A stretch of 64,000 nt of DNA from Octopus vulgaris (taxonomy: Eukaryota). Position 1 is the stretch's first letter. Each line of letters starts with the position of its first letter. The DNA is taken from the NCBI GenBank assembly GCA_951406725.2, contig OX597818.1, positions 108,252,001 through 108,316,000 of the forward strand. Direction: 5' to 3'. Positions 1 through 11,823 of the stretch are shown here, one piece after another. A program made the translations under genes and the position numbers. A model generated the notes under the pieces. The model had not been told where the DNA came from. It saw only the letters and a list, made by a program, of their open reading frames with translations, and ran no database searches.

Positions 1-214
1 GTGTGTGTGTGTGTGCATACCTCACCACATCTTGACAACCAGTGTTGGTGTATTCCTGTCTCCTTGACTTAGTGGTTCAGCAGAAGAGATTAATGGAACA
101 AGAGCCAGGCTTTAAGTATATAGGTAATGGAGTCGATTCATTAGACTGAAATTTCTTCAAAGCAGTGCTCTAGCATGGCCACAGTCTATAGACCGAAACA
201 AGAAAAAGATAAAG
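1..214 (+). mobile_element. 3' half of tRNA-derived SINE family 1, after its internal (GT)n tract
   Basis: Diverged match to 43500-43705 (cttgacaacc..gttggtgt..ttagtggttc..gcagtgctctagcatggccacagtc..gaaacaag). Confidence 0.75.
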
Positions 215-290
215 ATATCTCTGCTCATAGATTCTGAATTCTTCATGATGTGCTGCTTTATTTCTTGTATGTTCCACACAGTCAAAATAC

Positions 291-401
291 CATTTGCAGC
301 CAATCTTTGCCATTGTTGCTCTGCGTATCATTCAAAGCAGCCCTCGGGCTATTTGCAGGTCTGTGAAATATGCAGGATCTTTTAACAGGAACATTTTCTA
401 C
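291..401 (-). CDS. Candidate host-gene exon (VENVPVKRSCIFHRPANSPRAALNDTQSNNGKDWLQM), possibly ADAM/ADAMTS-like prodomain
   Basis: Unique sequence; acceptor gttatacag, weak donor ATG|gtattt; 111 nt, open in phase 0; C-x-F-H...AAL resembles the M12B propeptide. Confidence 0.3.
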
Positions 402-780
402 CTGTATAACAATCCTAATTGAAGAAAGATGAGTAGGCGGATGTTCAAAGGTGACAGAGACCGTATTGGATGGAGAGAAGGAAGAGTGGTTGCAATTTAG
501 TGGGTGAGAGCAGAGATTTTTTTTTCATTTTTTTGTAGTTTTCTAACTGATGTGACATTTCACTTTAAGAATTTCAGCTCACGTTTTAAGATGAGATATT
601 TGATGTCTTTGGATATTAGCAGTGACAACAATGGTTCAACTTGACCATTCTTAATAGAATATTAATGTGTAATTAGGCAAAAGAATAGACAGTGAGTCAT
701 GTTAGGTGTTGCATAAATGGATAGACTTCGTTTGGGACAAATGGAACTTAATGATTAAAAGTTAATTATGAATGATATTT

Positions 781-1006
781 ATTTCTTTATTGCCCACAGG
801 GGGCTAAACATAGAGGGGACTGACAAGGACAAAGAAAGAGATTAAGTCAATTACATTTTAACTGTGTAACTGGTACTTGTTTAATTGAGCCGAAAGGATG
901 AAAGGCAAATTCGACCTCAGCAGAATTTGAACTCAGAATGTAAAGACAGACGAAATACCGATAAGCAATTCGCCCAGCATGCTAACGATTCTGCCAGCTC
1001 GCTTCC
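781..1006 (-). mobile_element. tRNA-related SINE family 2, tail variant A
   Basis: Reverse complement of 6846-7076 and 45127-45356; B-box-like GAGTTCAAATTC. Confidence 0.85.
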
Positions 1007-1019
1007 TTAAGTAATATGA

Positions 1020-1232
1020 TCTTTACTGTTCTAGGCACAAGGCCCGAAATTTTTGGGGAGGGGACCAGTCGATTAGATAAATCCCAGTGCGTAACTGGTT
1101 CTTAATTTATCGACCCCAAAAGGATGAAAGGCAAAGTCGACCTCAGTGGAATTTGAACTCAAAACCTAACGGCGGACAAAATATGGGTAAGAATTTCACC
1201 CAGAGTTCTAACAATTCTGCCAGCTCACTGCC
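1020..1232 (-). mobile_element. SINE family 2, tail variant B, in tandem with the previous copy
   Basis: Same head and body but a different 3' end (aatttcgggccttgtgcctagaacagtaaag). Confidence 0.8.
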
Positions 1233-1244
1233 TTTAACAATATT

Positions 1245-1900
1245 CTGTTTTGATGTTTGGTGAAAACAAGTCTCCTCAAATCTCAAGAATCCTTCTGAGG
1301 GTTCTTGCAGAATATAGGACAGTACTTTTCTGCAGGTTGACAATACGAGTTTCAATTCCAACCTCTTTCAGTCTTTTAAGTTGCATTTTGGATGTTGTGC
1401 CAAATGCACCAATTTACTACAGGAATAATTGTTATCCTGGTCTTCCACAGTCTACTCAGTTCTCTGGCTAAATCCTGATATTTGTCAAATTCTTCAATTA
1501 CTTTAGTATTGACTCTGCTATCATAAGGAATTGTAAAACCTATGATCTTTCACTGTTTGCTTATTTCATCCTCTTTGATCTTCAAAAGCAATTCTTGCTT
1601 TGGTCAGTCTTTATGAGGAAATCCCACAAGAAATTCTATGTCTTTGGACTTGTATGAACCTCATTCCTTGTAATCACTTTCATTAGTTTTATTAACACCT
1701 CTTTAAGTTTGGCTTTTTAGTGAATCTTTACTTCTCAAAATATGATGTAATATGGTTGGGTCTCACATATAATATACAGTTGGTTGCAAAACTCTGATCA
1801 ACTACTATTATCCAAGCAATTAGTAGAGAAAATCTCCCAGTGCTAAAACAACATACCACAGAAATAACTCCGATAAGAATAATTTAGCAAAATTTTAGGC
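1245..1900 (-). pseudogene. Degenerate R4/Dong-like non-LTR retrotransposon 3' part with restriction-like endonuclease
   Basis: Frameshifted translation VVDQSFATN ... IPYDSRVNTK..KYQDLARELSRLWKTRITIIPVV-IGAFGT..LQKSTVLYSARTLRRILEI*. Confidence 0.75.
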
Positions 1901-2139
1901 AACACAAATAGTTTGAACAGTTTCAATTTTTAAAGCCAAATCATGAAATCAATGGATATGTTCCTTTATTATTTAACCTCATCAGCAAAGTATGTTTTAT
2001 TCAGCTGAAAAGAATTAGAATGATCAGTATATAGAAACAGAGCAGAAACAGTGATTCATGCAGTTCTATATTTAAGAGATGAAGAATTATGAACATTATT
2101 TACATTTGACAGATATTTGTCCTCATCTTGTTTGTTGTT

Positions 2140-2182
2140 AACACGTTTTGGCTGATATACCCTCCAGCCTTCATCAGGTGTC
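2140..2182 (-). ncRNA. Minimal type I hammerhead motif (mutated); sister copy at 2430-2475 (+)
   Basis: GACAC-CUGAUGA-A-GGCUG(loop)CAGCC-AAAA-CGUU-GUGUU, combining both arms; G12 is A in both copies. Confidence 0.6.
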
Positions 2183-2280
2183 TTGGGGAAATTTCGAACC
2201 TGGATTCTCATTCCTAAGGTATTTTTCGATGTTATTTTTATTGGTATTATTTCTATTCAGGTCACTGCCATATGCCAATG

Positions 2281-2352
2281 GGAATATGGTGTAGTGGTTA
2301 AGAGCGCGGGCTACTAACCCCAAGATTCCAAGTTTGATTCCAAGCAGTGACC
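2281..2352 (+). promoter_or_regulatory. tRNA-like head with Pol III A and B boxes (not a functional tRNA)
   Basis: A box TGGTGTAGTGG, anticodon-like arm GGG-CTACTAA-CCC, degenerate B box AAGTTTGATTCC; the copy at 9123-9193 has GAGTTCGATTCC. Confidence 0.75.
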
Positions 2353-2683
2353 TGAATAATAATAATAATAATAACAACAACATCGAAAAATACCTTAGGA
2401 ATGAGAACCCAGGTTCGAAATTTCCCCAAGACACTTGATGGAGGCTGGAGGGTATATCAGCCAAAACGTTGTGTTAACAACAAACAAGATGAGGACAAAT
2501 ATCCGTCAATTGTAAATAATGTGAATAATGTAAATAGTGATTCAGTTCTGAATATCAACTTAATGATTGAGTAGAAGTACTTTAGGGGTGCATTCTATTA
2601 ATTGGCTTCAAATTTGGTGCAACACCAGCAGTTTTGAGGAGGGATAAATTGATTACATCAGCCCCAGTACTCAACTGGTGCTC

Positions 2684-2721
<38 letters not shown>

Positions 2722-2722
<1 letters not shown>

Positions 2723-2882
2723 CCTTTCTACAATAATCCTGAAATTTTAAGAGAGGGGTAAGTTAATTATGTCGTCTTAAGTGCATAACTGGTACTTATT
2801 TTATCGACCCTGAAATGATGAAAGGCAAAGTCAACCTTAGTGGAATTTGAACTCAGAACATAAAGATGGATGAAATGCCACA
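2722..2882 (-). mobile_element. SINE family 2 fragment with (AAT)n flank
   Basis: actggtacttattttatcgaccc..gatgaaaggcaaagtcaacc..ggaatttgaactcag. Confidence 0.75.
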
Positions 2883-3759
2883 AGGTTAAATAAAAGAGTT
2901 GGGAAACGTTGGTCACCCAAGGTTACTCAAGCAATTATTAATAGACAAAATTTCCTTTATGATGTGTTTACTGTCTAAAAGAAGAAACAAGGGAGATAAA
3001 TCAAATGAGAGCAATTAATAAACCTCTGTTAACAGTTTGGGCCAGTGGTTGTCTCTCTTTTTAATATCAGGCCCAGATCCAAGACCTGGGATTTTAATGG
3101 TGTTGGTGAAGCTATACCGAAAAATCTAAAACACAAGTCGAAGACAAATTCAATATATTTATAGAGGGGAGACTGTCAGTGGGATGTGGCAGAAAGATGA
3201 TTGAGGGCCACATGTGGCCCTGGTAGCCATGTTTGCAAACTGCTGGTAGAGACAATACAAAATGAAGAGGCTGTGCTTTTTAAGGCCAACTGGTGATAGT
3301 AAAAGTCATATTTTGGTCTTATTAAACTTCCTCAGCTTCACATATTCTCTTTGGTTAGTTTTATTGTCCTAAGTTGTATGCACAGCTGTCCCCCAGGAAT
3401 ATTTCATCAGCCATATTGTAATAATGCTGGTTACAAATCATCTTTACTCTGGTTTTGATGTTCTTAAAGACAATATGGGAATTTCTTCTTATGAATAAAT
3501 GCAGTGAGATATTCTGTAAAAATATCCCAGCATCAGAGCAGGAGAAGAGGATGAGCAGAATCCCAAAGGAATTTCGAGTAATATAAATTTAAAAGTATGA
3601 TGTACTGAAGAGTGAGGAAATGAGAATTTCAGCATCTCAAACAAGATGCTGCTTGTTCATCAGAAAATATCTCTCACAACAACCATCGCCACCTGCCTCC
3701 ACCACCACCACCACTTCTTATTTCATCGTCTTTATCATCATTAATGCAGTAACTGCCAT

Positions 3760-3855
3760 CATCAGCACTGCCACCAGCATCACCAGCATCGTCACATCAA
3801 CATCATCGCTATTATCATCGTTATTACCACCATCATCGTCACCACCATCATCATC

Positions 3856-3887
<32 letters not shown>

Positions 3888-3948
3888 CATCATCATCACC
3901 ATCGTCATCGTCGTCATCATCGTCATCATCATCATCATCACCACTAAC

Positions 3949-3982
<34 letters not shown>

Positions 3983-4075
3983 TCATCATTGTCGTCATCT
4001 TTGTCATCATCACCATTGTCATCCCCACCATCACCATCATCCCCACCACCACCATCATCGCCGCCACCACCACGC

Positions 4076-4122
<47 letters not shown>

Positions 4123-4290
4123 GTGCACTATTTATTCCCAAGGAGTAGTCATTTCCCTTTTGCACCCAACACTACACACATTGTCACACAACTCCCTCAA
4201 CCACCCCCTGACATCTATAAATGCTACTCCCTCCCTTGACCCACCACCACCACCACTACCATTATTAATCCCACCATGGCCACCACCCAC
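3760..4290. repeat. Compound (CAT)n/(CAC)n microsatellite
   Basis: Directly visible; source of the poly-S/H/P ORF 3620..4471. Confidence 0.95.
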
Positions 4291-4372
4291 ACAACAGCTA
4301 CGACCGTCTTGGCCGTCACCAATAACCACCAAGAAATGTGACAAACAAAACTGTTCACCGATACGCACTCAC

Positions 4373-4457
4373 ACACAAGATCATGGCTTAACTGGCCGGT
4401 CGAAACTTCGAAGTCACTGTCAACAATATTCTTGCTTAAGAATAATAAATTTTTACT
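4373..4457 (-). CDS. Candidate host-gene exon (SKNLLFLSKNIVDSDFEVSTGQLSHDLV)
   Basis: Strong acceptor cttcttcttctatacttttgtag and donor gtgagt; 85 nt with only phase 0 open; unique sequence between microsatellites. Confidence 0.5.
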
Positions 4458-4531
4458 CTACAAAAGTATAGAAGAAGAAGCCATGTGAAATTGTTTTTAT
4501 TACAACTGAACATAAAAGACAAGCATTACCA

Positions 4532-5201
4532 TATGTATGTATGTATGTATGTATGTGTGTATGTGTGTGTGTATGTGTGTATGTATGTATGTATGTATGT
4601 ATGTATGTATGTATGTATGTGTGTGTATGTATGTATGTATGTATGTATGCATGTATGCATGTATGTATGCATGTATGTTTGTATGTATGTATGTATGTAT
4701 GTATGTATGTATGTATGCATAAGTGTGTGTATGTATGCATGAGCGTGTGTATGTATGTATGTATGTATGTATGTATGTATGCATGCATGTATGTGTGTAT
4801 GTATGTATGTATACATGTATGTAGGTATGTATGTATGTATGTATGTATGTATGTATGCATGAGCGTGTGTATGTATGTATGTATGTATGCATGAGCGTGT
4901 GTATGTATGTATGTATGTATGTATGTATGCATGCATGCATGCATGTATTTATACACACACATATCTATACAAACATGTATACACTTGTATATATACATAT
5001 ATATGTGTGTGATGTTAAACAAGGATGATGATGATGATGATGATATATATATATATGTTGGAGCAGTATGTGTGTATATATATATATGTGTGTGTGTATG
5101 TGTGTGTGTGTGTATGTGTGTGTGTGTGCGTATACATGTTTGCTTGAAGAAATATGACAAGGGAAATTGTTCAATTAATGAATAGATATTTCACACACAC
5201 A

Positions 5202-5254
<53 letters not shown>

Positions 5255-5265
5255 ACACACACACA
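4532..5265. repeat. (ATGT)n, (TA)n, (GT)n and (CA)n compound microsatellites
   Basis: Directly visible. Confidence 0.95.
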
Positions 5266-6039
5266 TAAGCATGTGTGTGTTTGAAGCCAGCATCCATGAG
5301 AAAGTGGAAGCTGAGGCATTCAGAGGAATGTCTCCAAGACACAATGTGGTTACTGTTCTCTCTGTAGAGACCGGAAAACTTATCAAGATCCACCAGTTGA
5401 TAAGTCTACAATGGAATAAGGAAACTGATAAGAATCTGGTGCCAAGAATTTTCCAGAATAGTTCCACCTCCCCTCTACAAGCCATGAGAAAGCCCTTACA
5501 TGGTTAAACTTCCTCTGAGGGAAGGTTTCTAAGTAAATTTGAGAGACAGAATCTTTTCAATGGCCATCATGTATGTGTGGGTGTGTGGAGGGTGTACGGG
5601 GGTGTGCATATGTGTGTATGTGTGTAAGCAAGTATACATGTCTGTGGGAATGTTTATATTCTGCGCATCCAGAAGCAAATGGAATGAAAACTTCTTTAAT
5701 TGTAAAACACATAAATATTACTGAAAACGAAAATGCATTTCTCTGTGAAAATAATGTCTCAAGAATTCGAGAATATCGTTTTATTTAACATATGCAAGGA
5801 TGGAAAATCAGATGTAAAATGACTGAGCGAATATATCTGAAGCCAGATCACTACGGGTGGTTTCGGACATGCCAGGCGAGAAACCATCACTGTGATCAGC
5901 TATAGCTCCATTCTCACCGTTAATTCTTTCATTATTGTGTTGCATCATGATTTCATGAATCGTTCGTGGGATTCACATGGGAGTTGTTATTGAAATCCCA
6001 TCTCTCACTTCCTCTCCTTATTTATACATACACGTGCAC

Positions 6040-6275
6040 ATCATCATCATCATCATCGTCGTCGTTTAATGTCCACTTTCCATGCTGGCATGGGTTGGAC
6101 AGTTTGACTGAGGACTGGCGAGCCAGATGGCTGCACAAGGCTCCAATCTGATCTGGCAAAGTTTCTACAGCTGGATGTCCTTCCTAATGTCAGCCACTCT
6201 GAGAGTGTAGTGGGTGCTTTTACATGCCACTGGCATGAGGGCCTCTCAGGCAGTTCTGGCAATGACCATGCTCAA
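6040..6275 (-). mobile_element. 3' end of the dominant RTE family with (GAT)n tail
   Basis: Matches 17153-17360; CCATGCCAGCATGG hairpin and AGGAAGG-CATCCAGCTGTAGAAAC. Confidence 0.85.
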
Positions 6276-6845
6276 ATGTATTTTTCACATGTATGTATAT
6301 ACACATTTATTATAAATAAATAAATATATGTACACACACACACACACATACATATATATATATAAATAAATAACGTGCTTGCATTGTGTCGCCTCCATAA
6401 CCACAGTGATTATCAACATCGTTCTACCTATAGTGTTTAAAAATATCAATAATATGTGTCCCCGGATATTGCAACAGGTCTTCATCACTATTTATCAAAT
6501 ACTCAGCAAGCATTCTCCTTTCACTCTTTATACAATGGTTTATACTAATTAGTCCTCTGTCACCATTCTTTCTTTTCTATTATCTAAAACAGCTTGATTC
6601 AGCTCCATGTGACTTTACGTTCTCTAATCTTCTAGCAGAAACCCTTCTCTTTCAGGCTTAGAGTACCAAATGAAGAGGCACAAGAAGTCGAAATTGGCTA
6701 CTGGAAAAACAGGCTGCTGTTGGTCAAAGCAGATCATCAGTGTAGGAGGTGGTCAAGCCTTGTATGTGTGAATAAGTATCGGTTAACAATTGAAATTTTA
6801 TGGTTTAATGTAACTTTCTAAGTTATATTAAAGATAAATTTTTAA

Positions 6846-7076
6846 GCGGCGAGCTGGCAGAAACAGTAGCACACCGGGCGAAATGCTTAGCAGTATTTCG
6901 TCTGTCTTTATGTTCTGAGTTCAAATTTCCCCAAGGTCGACTTTGCCTTTCATTCTTTCGGGGTCAATAAATTACATACCAGTTGCATACTGGGGTCGAT
7001 CTAATCAACTTAATCCCATTGTCTGTCCTTGATTGTCCCCACTATGTTTAGCCCCCCCTGTGGGCAATAAAGAAAT
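6846..7076 (+). mobile_element. Full-length SINE family 2
   Basis: gcggcgagctggcagaa..gagttcaaatt..ggtcgactttgcctttcat..gggcaataaagaaat; further copies at about 16128-16285(-), 29070-29285(+), 29510-29700(+), 31130-31335(-), 46290-46445(+). Confidence 0.88.
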
Positions 7077-7133
7077 ATATATAATTTTCTAAACATACAT
7101 TCTTCATGTTTTACAGGAACTTGTTGAATTAAC

Positions 7134-7180
7134 CTGATGGTGACCGTTTACAACCAAATGGATGGTGGCGCTATTCAAAT
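7134..7180 (-). CDS. Candidate host-gene exon ((D)LNSATIHLVVNGHHQ)
   Basis: Acceptor gttacttttag, donor CAG|gttaat; 47 nt, phase 1 to 0, bridging the candidate exons at 11824 and 4373. Confidence 0.4.
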
Positions 7181-7881
7181 CTAAAAGTAACATTTTTCAC
7201 ACAACTACAGCCTGTAGCAGCTAACGGAATGTGATCAACAGTGATTGCATACCTATATATATATATGTATATATATATATACAAATGATGTGTGTGTGGG
7301 CATGTGTATGTATGTATGTGTGTATGTGCATGTATATGTACATGTGTGTGTGTGTGTGAATATGCATATGTTGAAAATTGACATTTGAAGTGTAATATGA
7401 ATTTTTTAATGTGAAATTTCTTGTAGCATTCCTGTAAGTTTTTCATTTCATTATTAAGTTTATTGATAGAGTCTAGACAGTGGTAAATAGTTTTAATGTT
7501 GAGAGCTACTCGCATAGTGACAACAACAACAACAACAACAACAACAACATCAAAAACAGCAAATAGCATTCAGAATATTTTTAAAAATTTAAGAAAATCA
7601 CCAAAAATACAAACTTACATTTTGACACGCACAAAACACAAATACAAACACGGAGAGAAACATAAACACACACACACGCACACACACACACACACAAACA
7701 CACACACAAATCACTGTACATGACACTTTTATGTTCTGACATATTCTTTAGAAATCTAAAAATTCCACCCAGGGCAGTCAAAGAAGAAAAAGGTGTGGAA
7801 CAGTAACATAAAAAGAACGAAGAAGATGATAATGTAAAGTGCATAATGAGCATCGTAATTGAATGGATGCATTTGTGTGTG

Positions 7882-7918
<37 letters not shown>

Positions 7919-8159
7919 ATGTGTATCTTGGAGTGTGTGTATATGTGTGCGTGAGTCTATGCATGTGTAAGTGTATATGTGTCTAGGTGTGTGTGAATGC
8001 CAATGTCCAAGATTAAAGGAAGTTAAAAACAGTTAAACCAAGGAAAAATAAATATTTAAAAATATATATATGCACACTCACACACACTCACTCACACACA
8101 CACACACACACACATACACGCACACAAACATACACACACACACGCACAGTCGTGTGTGT

Positions 8160-8340
8160 TGTTTTGATGTAGTTTGATCTCATTGGTTGATACCTTGAGC
8201 AAGTGACTTTTTTCTTTAAGCTCAGATTGACCAAGTCCACCTGAGTGTTTGCATCTTTGGCATGTCTTCTAAACAAAGATTGGTTACAATCCTCTTCATA
8301 AGCTTGCCTTGCCAATTTTGAGTTGTTTGTTGCTTGAAGG
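8160..8340 (-). pseudogene. R4-like LINE remnant
   Basis: Frameshifted WQGKLM...WTW..SLKK..AQ..QPMRSNYIK resembles the R4 W..K.MHG...LK.ETE..AAQ.Q...TNYIK block. Confidence 0.5.
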
Positions 8341-8354
8341 AAATATTATTTACC

Positions 8355-9193
8355 TTTAAAACAATGGTGTATGGGTCGATCTTCACTGGACGATACCTCA
8401 ACTTCAATTCCTACCATCCATACAGTGTAAAGAGAGGGATTGCTCAGTGCCTAAAACATTGAGCAAAGAATATAAGTAGCGATCGTAATAAACCCACAAA
8501 GAAATGATCAAGCTCAGTAACAATCTATTAAGCAACAACTACTCCAAAAACATAGTGTCTACTCCAATTATGAAGGAAAGAGAAGATGAAACCGATAAAC
8601 TGTCCACAGTCTGTCTGACCTATGTGAAAGGCCACTCTGAAAAGATACAAAAGATATGCGGCCCATATGACATCAGGACAGTATTCAAGAGTAATACAAC
8701 ATTTCACAAATACCTCCTTTGGGTAAAACCATCAATAGAAGAGAATATGACCAAAACTGAGTGTACTCCATCCCATGCAGCTGTGCTAGGTTATACAAAG
8801 GTGAAACCTACCATCCCTACAAAATAAGGGTAAAGGAACACCGCAAAGCTGTGACACGGAGAGATATAGATAAATCAGGTATAGCTGATCATGTATGGAA
8901 AAATGGAAACCACCTCTCCCCGTGGGGTGAAGTTAAAATAATAGAGAGAGAGAATACCACTGGAAAATATGAAAACTAAAAGAAGCAGCACATATGCTAG
9001 GACACAACAACCTCCTAAACAGACCGAGTGCAGATACGAATAGCATATGGGAACCGGTATTAAGGAAGGACAGGAGAATATTAGATTTATAAGCCCTAAA
9101 ATTCACTCTATAACTGCTCACAGGCATATGGCATAGTGGTTAAGAGCACAGGCCAGTAACTCCAAGATTCTGAGTTCGATTCCAGGCAGTGAC
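8355..9193 (+). mobile_element. Penelope-like element: RT C-terminus, GIY-YIG endonuclease (disrupted) and downstream tRNA-like head
   Basis: FKTMVY..FTGRYLNFNSYHPYSVKRG; LTYVKGHSEKIQK; VYSIPCSCARLYKGET..RVKEH..SGIADHVW..KLKEA; tRNA-like head at 9123-9193. Confidence 0.88.
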
Positions 9194-9859
9194 ACACACA
9201 CTCTCATACATATATATACATGATGGCTGCAACTCTATTTCAAGCAATACCATCACTTCAGTGTTCTCTGAAACATGAATAGCACAGATATAGCTTTTAA
9301 ATCCCACTAGGGACCTACACTCTTTATCATTGATGGGGTAATGATGGGCACCTCTTTCAGCAGGTGTTCATGGAGCACACCACCAATGCTGGAATTTTAC
9401 AATGAATGTTTTTTGATTTCATTGGCTTCAACCAACTATAGAATGCAACACATTATAAAGATGCTGAAAGTCAAATGATGTTTTTGCTTGGAAATTTTCA
9501 AAGTGAGGGCAGGCCTTGTGCTAAGCTGATACCACTCTCTGGACAATGTATGTGTTTGTCCAAAAAGAAAAACTAGTCCATACCACTGGAGGAAAATAAT
9601 GTCACAGCTCAAATATCAGAGTTTTTGATCTCTTAGAGAGATAGCCGTATTCAGACTAGGGGTCTCTCACTCCTCGCCATTCGATAGCCATTGATGTTAC
9701 ACAGTTGTCTACCCTTTGATAGGGTTTGATATTCGTCCTGCAGGGTGTCCAAAAAGAATCCCCATTCCTTACTAAATTGGCTTGGTGGGTTTACCAATTA
9801 AGTTACTATCATCCAGACGAAGTGACCGGTGGTACTGGGTTACATGTACCAATATATAT

Positions 9860-9861
9860 AA

Positions 9862-9927
<66 letters not shown>

Positions 9928-10076
9928 CATATATATATATTCACACACATACACACACACATATACATACAAATATGTATGTATAAATGTGTACGTACAT
10001 ATATATGCATATATATATGTATATGTATGTATGTGTATATATATATATATATACTTATACACATATATATGTATAC

Positions 10077-10108
<32 letters not shown>

Positions 10109-10255
10109 ATGTGTGCGTGTGTGCATGTATATATCTATATCCATATCTATATATCATCATCATCATCATTTAACGTCAGTCTTCCATATATATATATATA
10201 TATATACACACACATACATATATATATATATACACATATATATGTATGTACACAT

Positions 10256-10294
<39 letters not shown>

Positions 10295-10295
10295 C
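9860..10295. repeat. (TA)n/(CA)n/(TG)n microsatellite block
   Basis: Directly visible. Confidence 0.95.
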
Positions 10296-10739
10296 ATCAG
10301 GCCAGACAGTCAGAGAGGTGGGTGTGGGCGGGCCCCCTCCACTCCGCAGACAGAGTTGCTGTAAGTGTAATGAAATCAACTGAAGTAAAAAGTAAATTTA
10401 AGAAATTTCCATTCTTTCGATTACAGTTGTTGTTGTTGTGATTATTGTTGTAGCAGTGTTGCTTACGACTGTGCTGCTGCTGCTGCTACTGCTGCTAGCA
10501 TTGTTGTTGTTGTTGTTGTTGTTGTAAGTATTGTTTATTGTCAATAATGAGAACAAATATCAGTATCAAAACATAAATCAGTTTTGATGGTGAAAAACAA
10601 AACCCATAGAAAAGAGGATATTACAGAGAGAACTTACTAAATAATGTTTCATACGTTGCTGCTGTTGTTGTTGTTGTTGTTGTTGTTAGTTCTGGTTCTT
10701 TTTTTTCTTTTTTGGTTTTCTCTCCTTTCACTGTTGTTA

Positions 10740-11492
10740 TGGTGTTATGATGATGATTATGAGAACGATGATGATGATGGTGATGATGATAGTAATGGTG
10801 TTGGTTGTGGTGGTGGTGGTGGTGATGGTGGTGTTGGTAATGATGGTGATAGTGATAATGACGGTGATGATGATGATGCTGATGATAGTGGTGGTTGTGG
10901 TGGTGGTGGTGGTGGTGGTTGTGGTGGTGGTGCTAATGATGGTGATGTTGTTATATTTATCATAGTTAGTGTTACAATGATTGCCATTATTATTATTGTT
11001 GTTGCTGTTGTTGCTTCTGCTGCTGGTTCTTTCTTGTTTTTTGCTGTGTTTTTTTAAAATTTAATATGGATGATGATGATGATGATGATGATGATAATGA
11101 TGATGATGATGACGTTATTGTTGTGTTTGTTGCTTTTGCTTCTGTTTCCACCATTGATGGTGAAAGAACAACCTCCAGGATCCTATCGGTGGTGGTGATG
11201 GTTGTGGTGGAGGTTGGTTGCTGACTTTGTCGCTGTTGTCGTCATGGTGACAATTGTAACAATGACAACATTGATGAGGACGGTGAGGAAGAGGAGGATG
11301 CTGATGATGATGATGACGATCTTGGTGGTGGTGATGATGATGACAATGACGACAACAACAGCAATGACATCGACGATGATGATGATGACACTGTGAGTAT
11401 GATGGTGCAGATGAAGCGTGTTGTGTTGGCAAGTTGAGGATGATGATGATGATCATGGTAATTATAGCAACAGCAATGATGACGACGATGAG

Positions 11493-11523
<31 letters not shown>

Positions 11524-11785
11524 ATGGTGGTGATGATGATGGTGATGACGATGGTGATGATGACGACGATAATGATGATGATGATGATGATGATTGTGGT
11601 GGTGGTGGTGGTGGTGGTGGTGATGATGATGACGATAACAATGATGATGATGATGATGATGATGACAACGATGATGATGACGACGACGATGAGGATGCTG
11701 ATGATGATGATGGTAATGATGATGACAATGATGACGACGATGAGGAGGAGGAGGACAGTGATAGTTGCAGTGATGCTGATGATAA
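10740..11785. repeat. (GAT)n/(GGT)n/(GTT)n trinucleotide low-complexity block
   Basis: Directly visible; source of the poly-D/G/M/I ORFs. Confidence 0.93.
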
Positions 11786-11823
11786 TGTGTCTGTTGTGTT
11801 GTAGCTTCACTTGTTATTTTTAC

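Larger units (their letters stand above)
2059..2535. mobile_element. Head-to-head inverted pair of a tRNA-headed, hammerhead-bearing element (Penelope pLTR-like), with 9-bp TSD
   Basis: 2086-2276 is the reverse complement of 2281-2529 (left arm lacks most of the head); AGTGATTCA direct repeat at 2050-2058 and 2536-2544. Confidence 0.8.

Noticed and set aside
2281-2352. Functional tRNA gene
   Set aside because: Acceptor stem does not pair, the anticodon differs between copies (ACT vs AGT), and it is embedded in a mobile unit.
3620-4471. 283-aa Ser/Pro/His-rich ORF
   Set aside because: Read-through of a (CAT)n/(CAC)n microsatellite; no domain or coding signature.
4453-5185. Overlapping YIHT/MYVC ORFs (also at 9.8, 40.7, 55, 59.8 and 61.4-62.4 kb)
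   Set aside because: Stop-free translations of (ATGT)n, (TA)n and (CA)n repeats.
9630-9850. Possible hammerhead (CAGACGA-AGUGACC..GGUUAC)
   Set aside because: Core mismatch and no GAAA or stem III follows; left as unclassified sequence.
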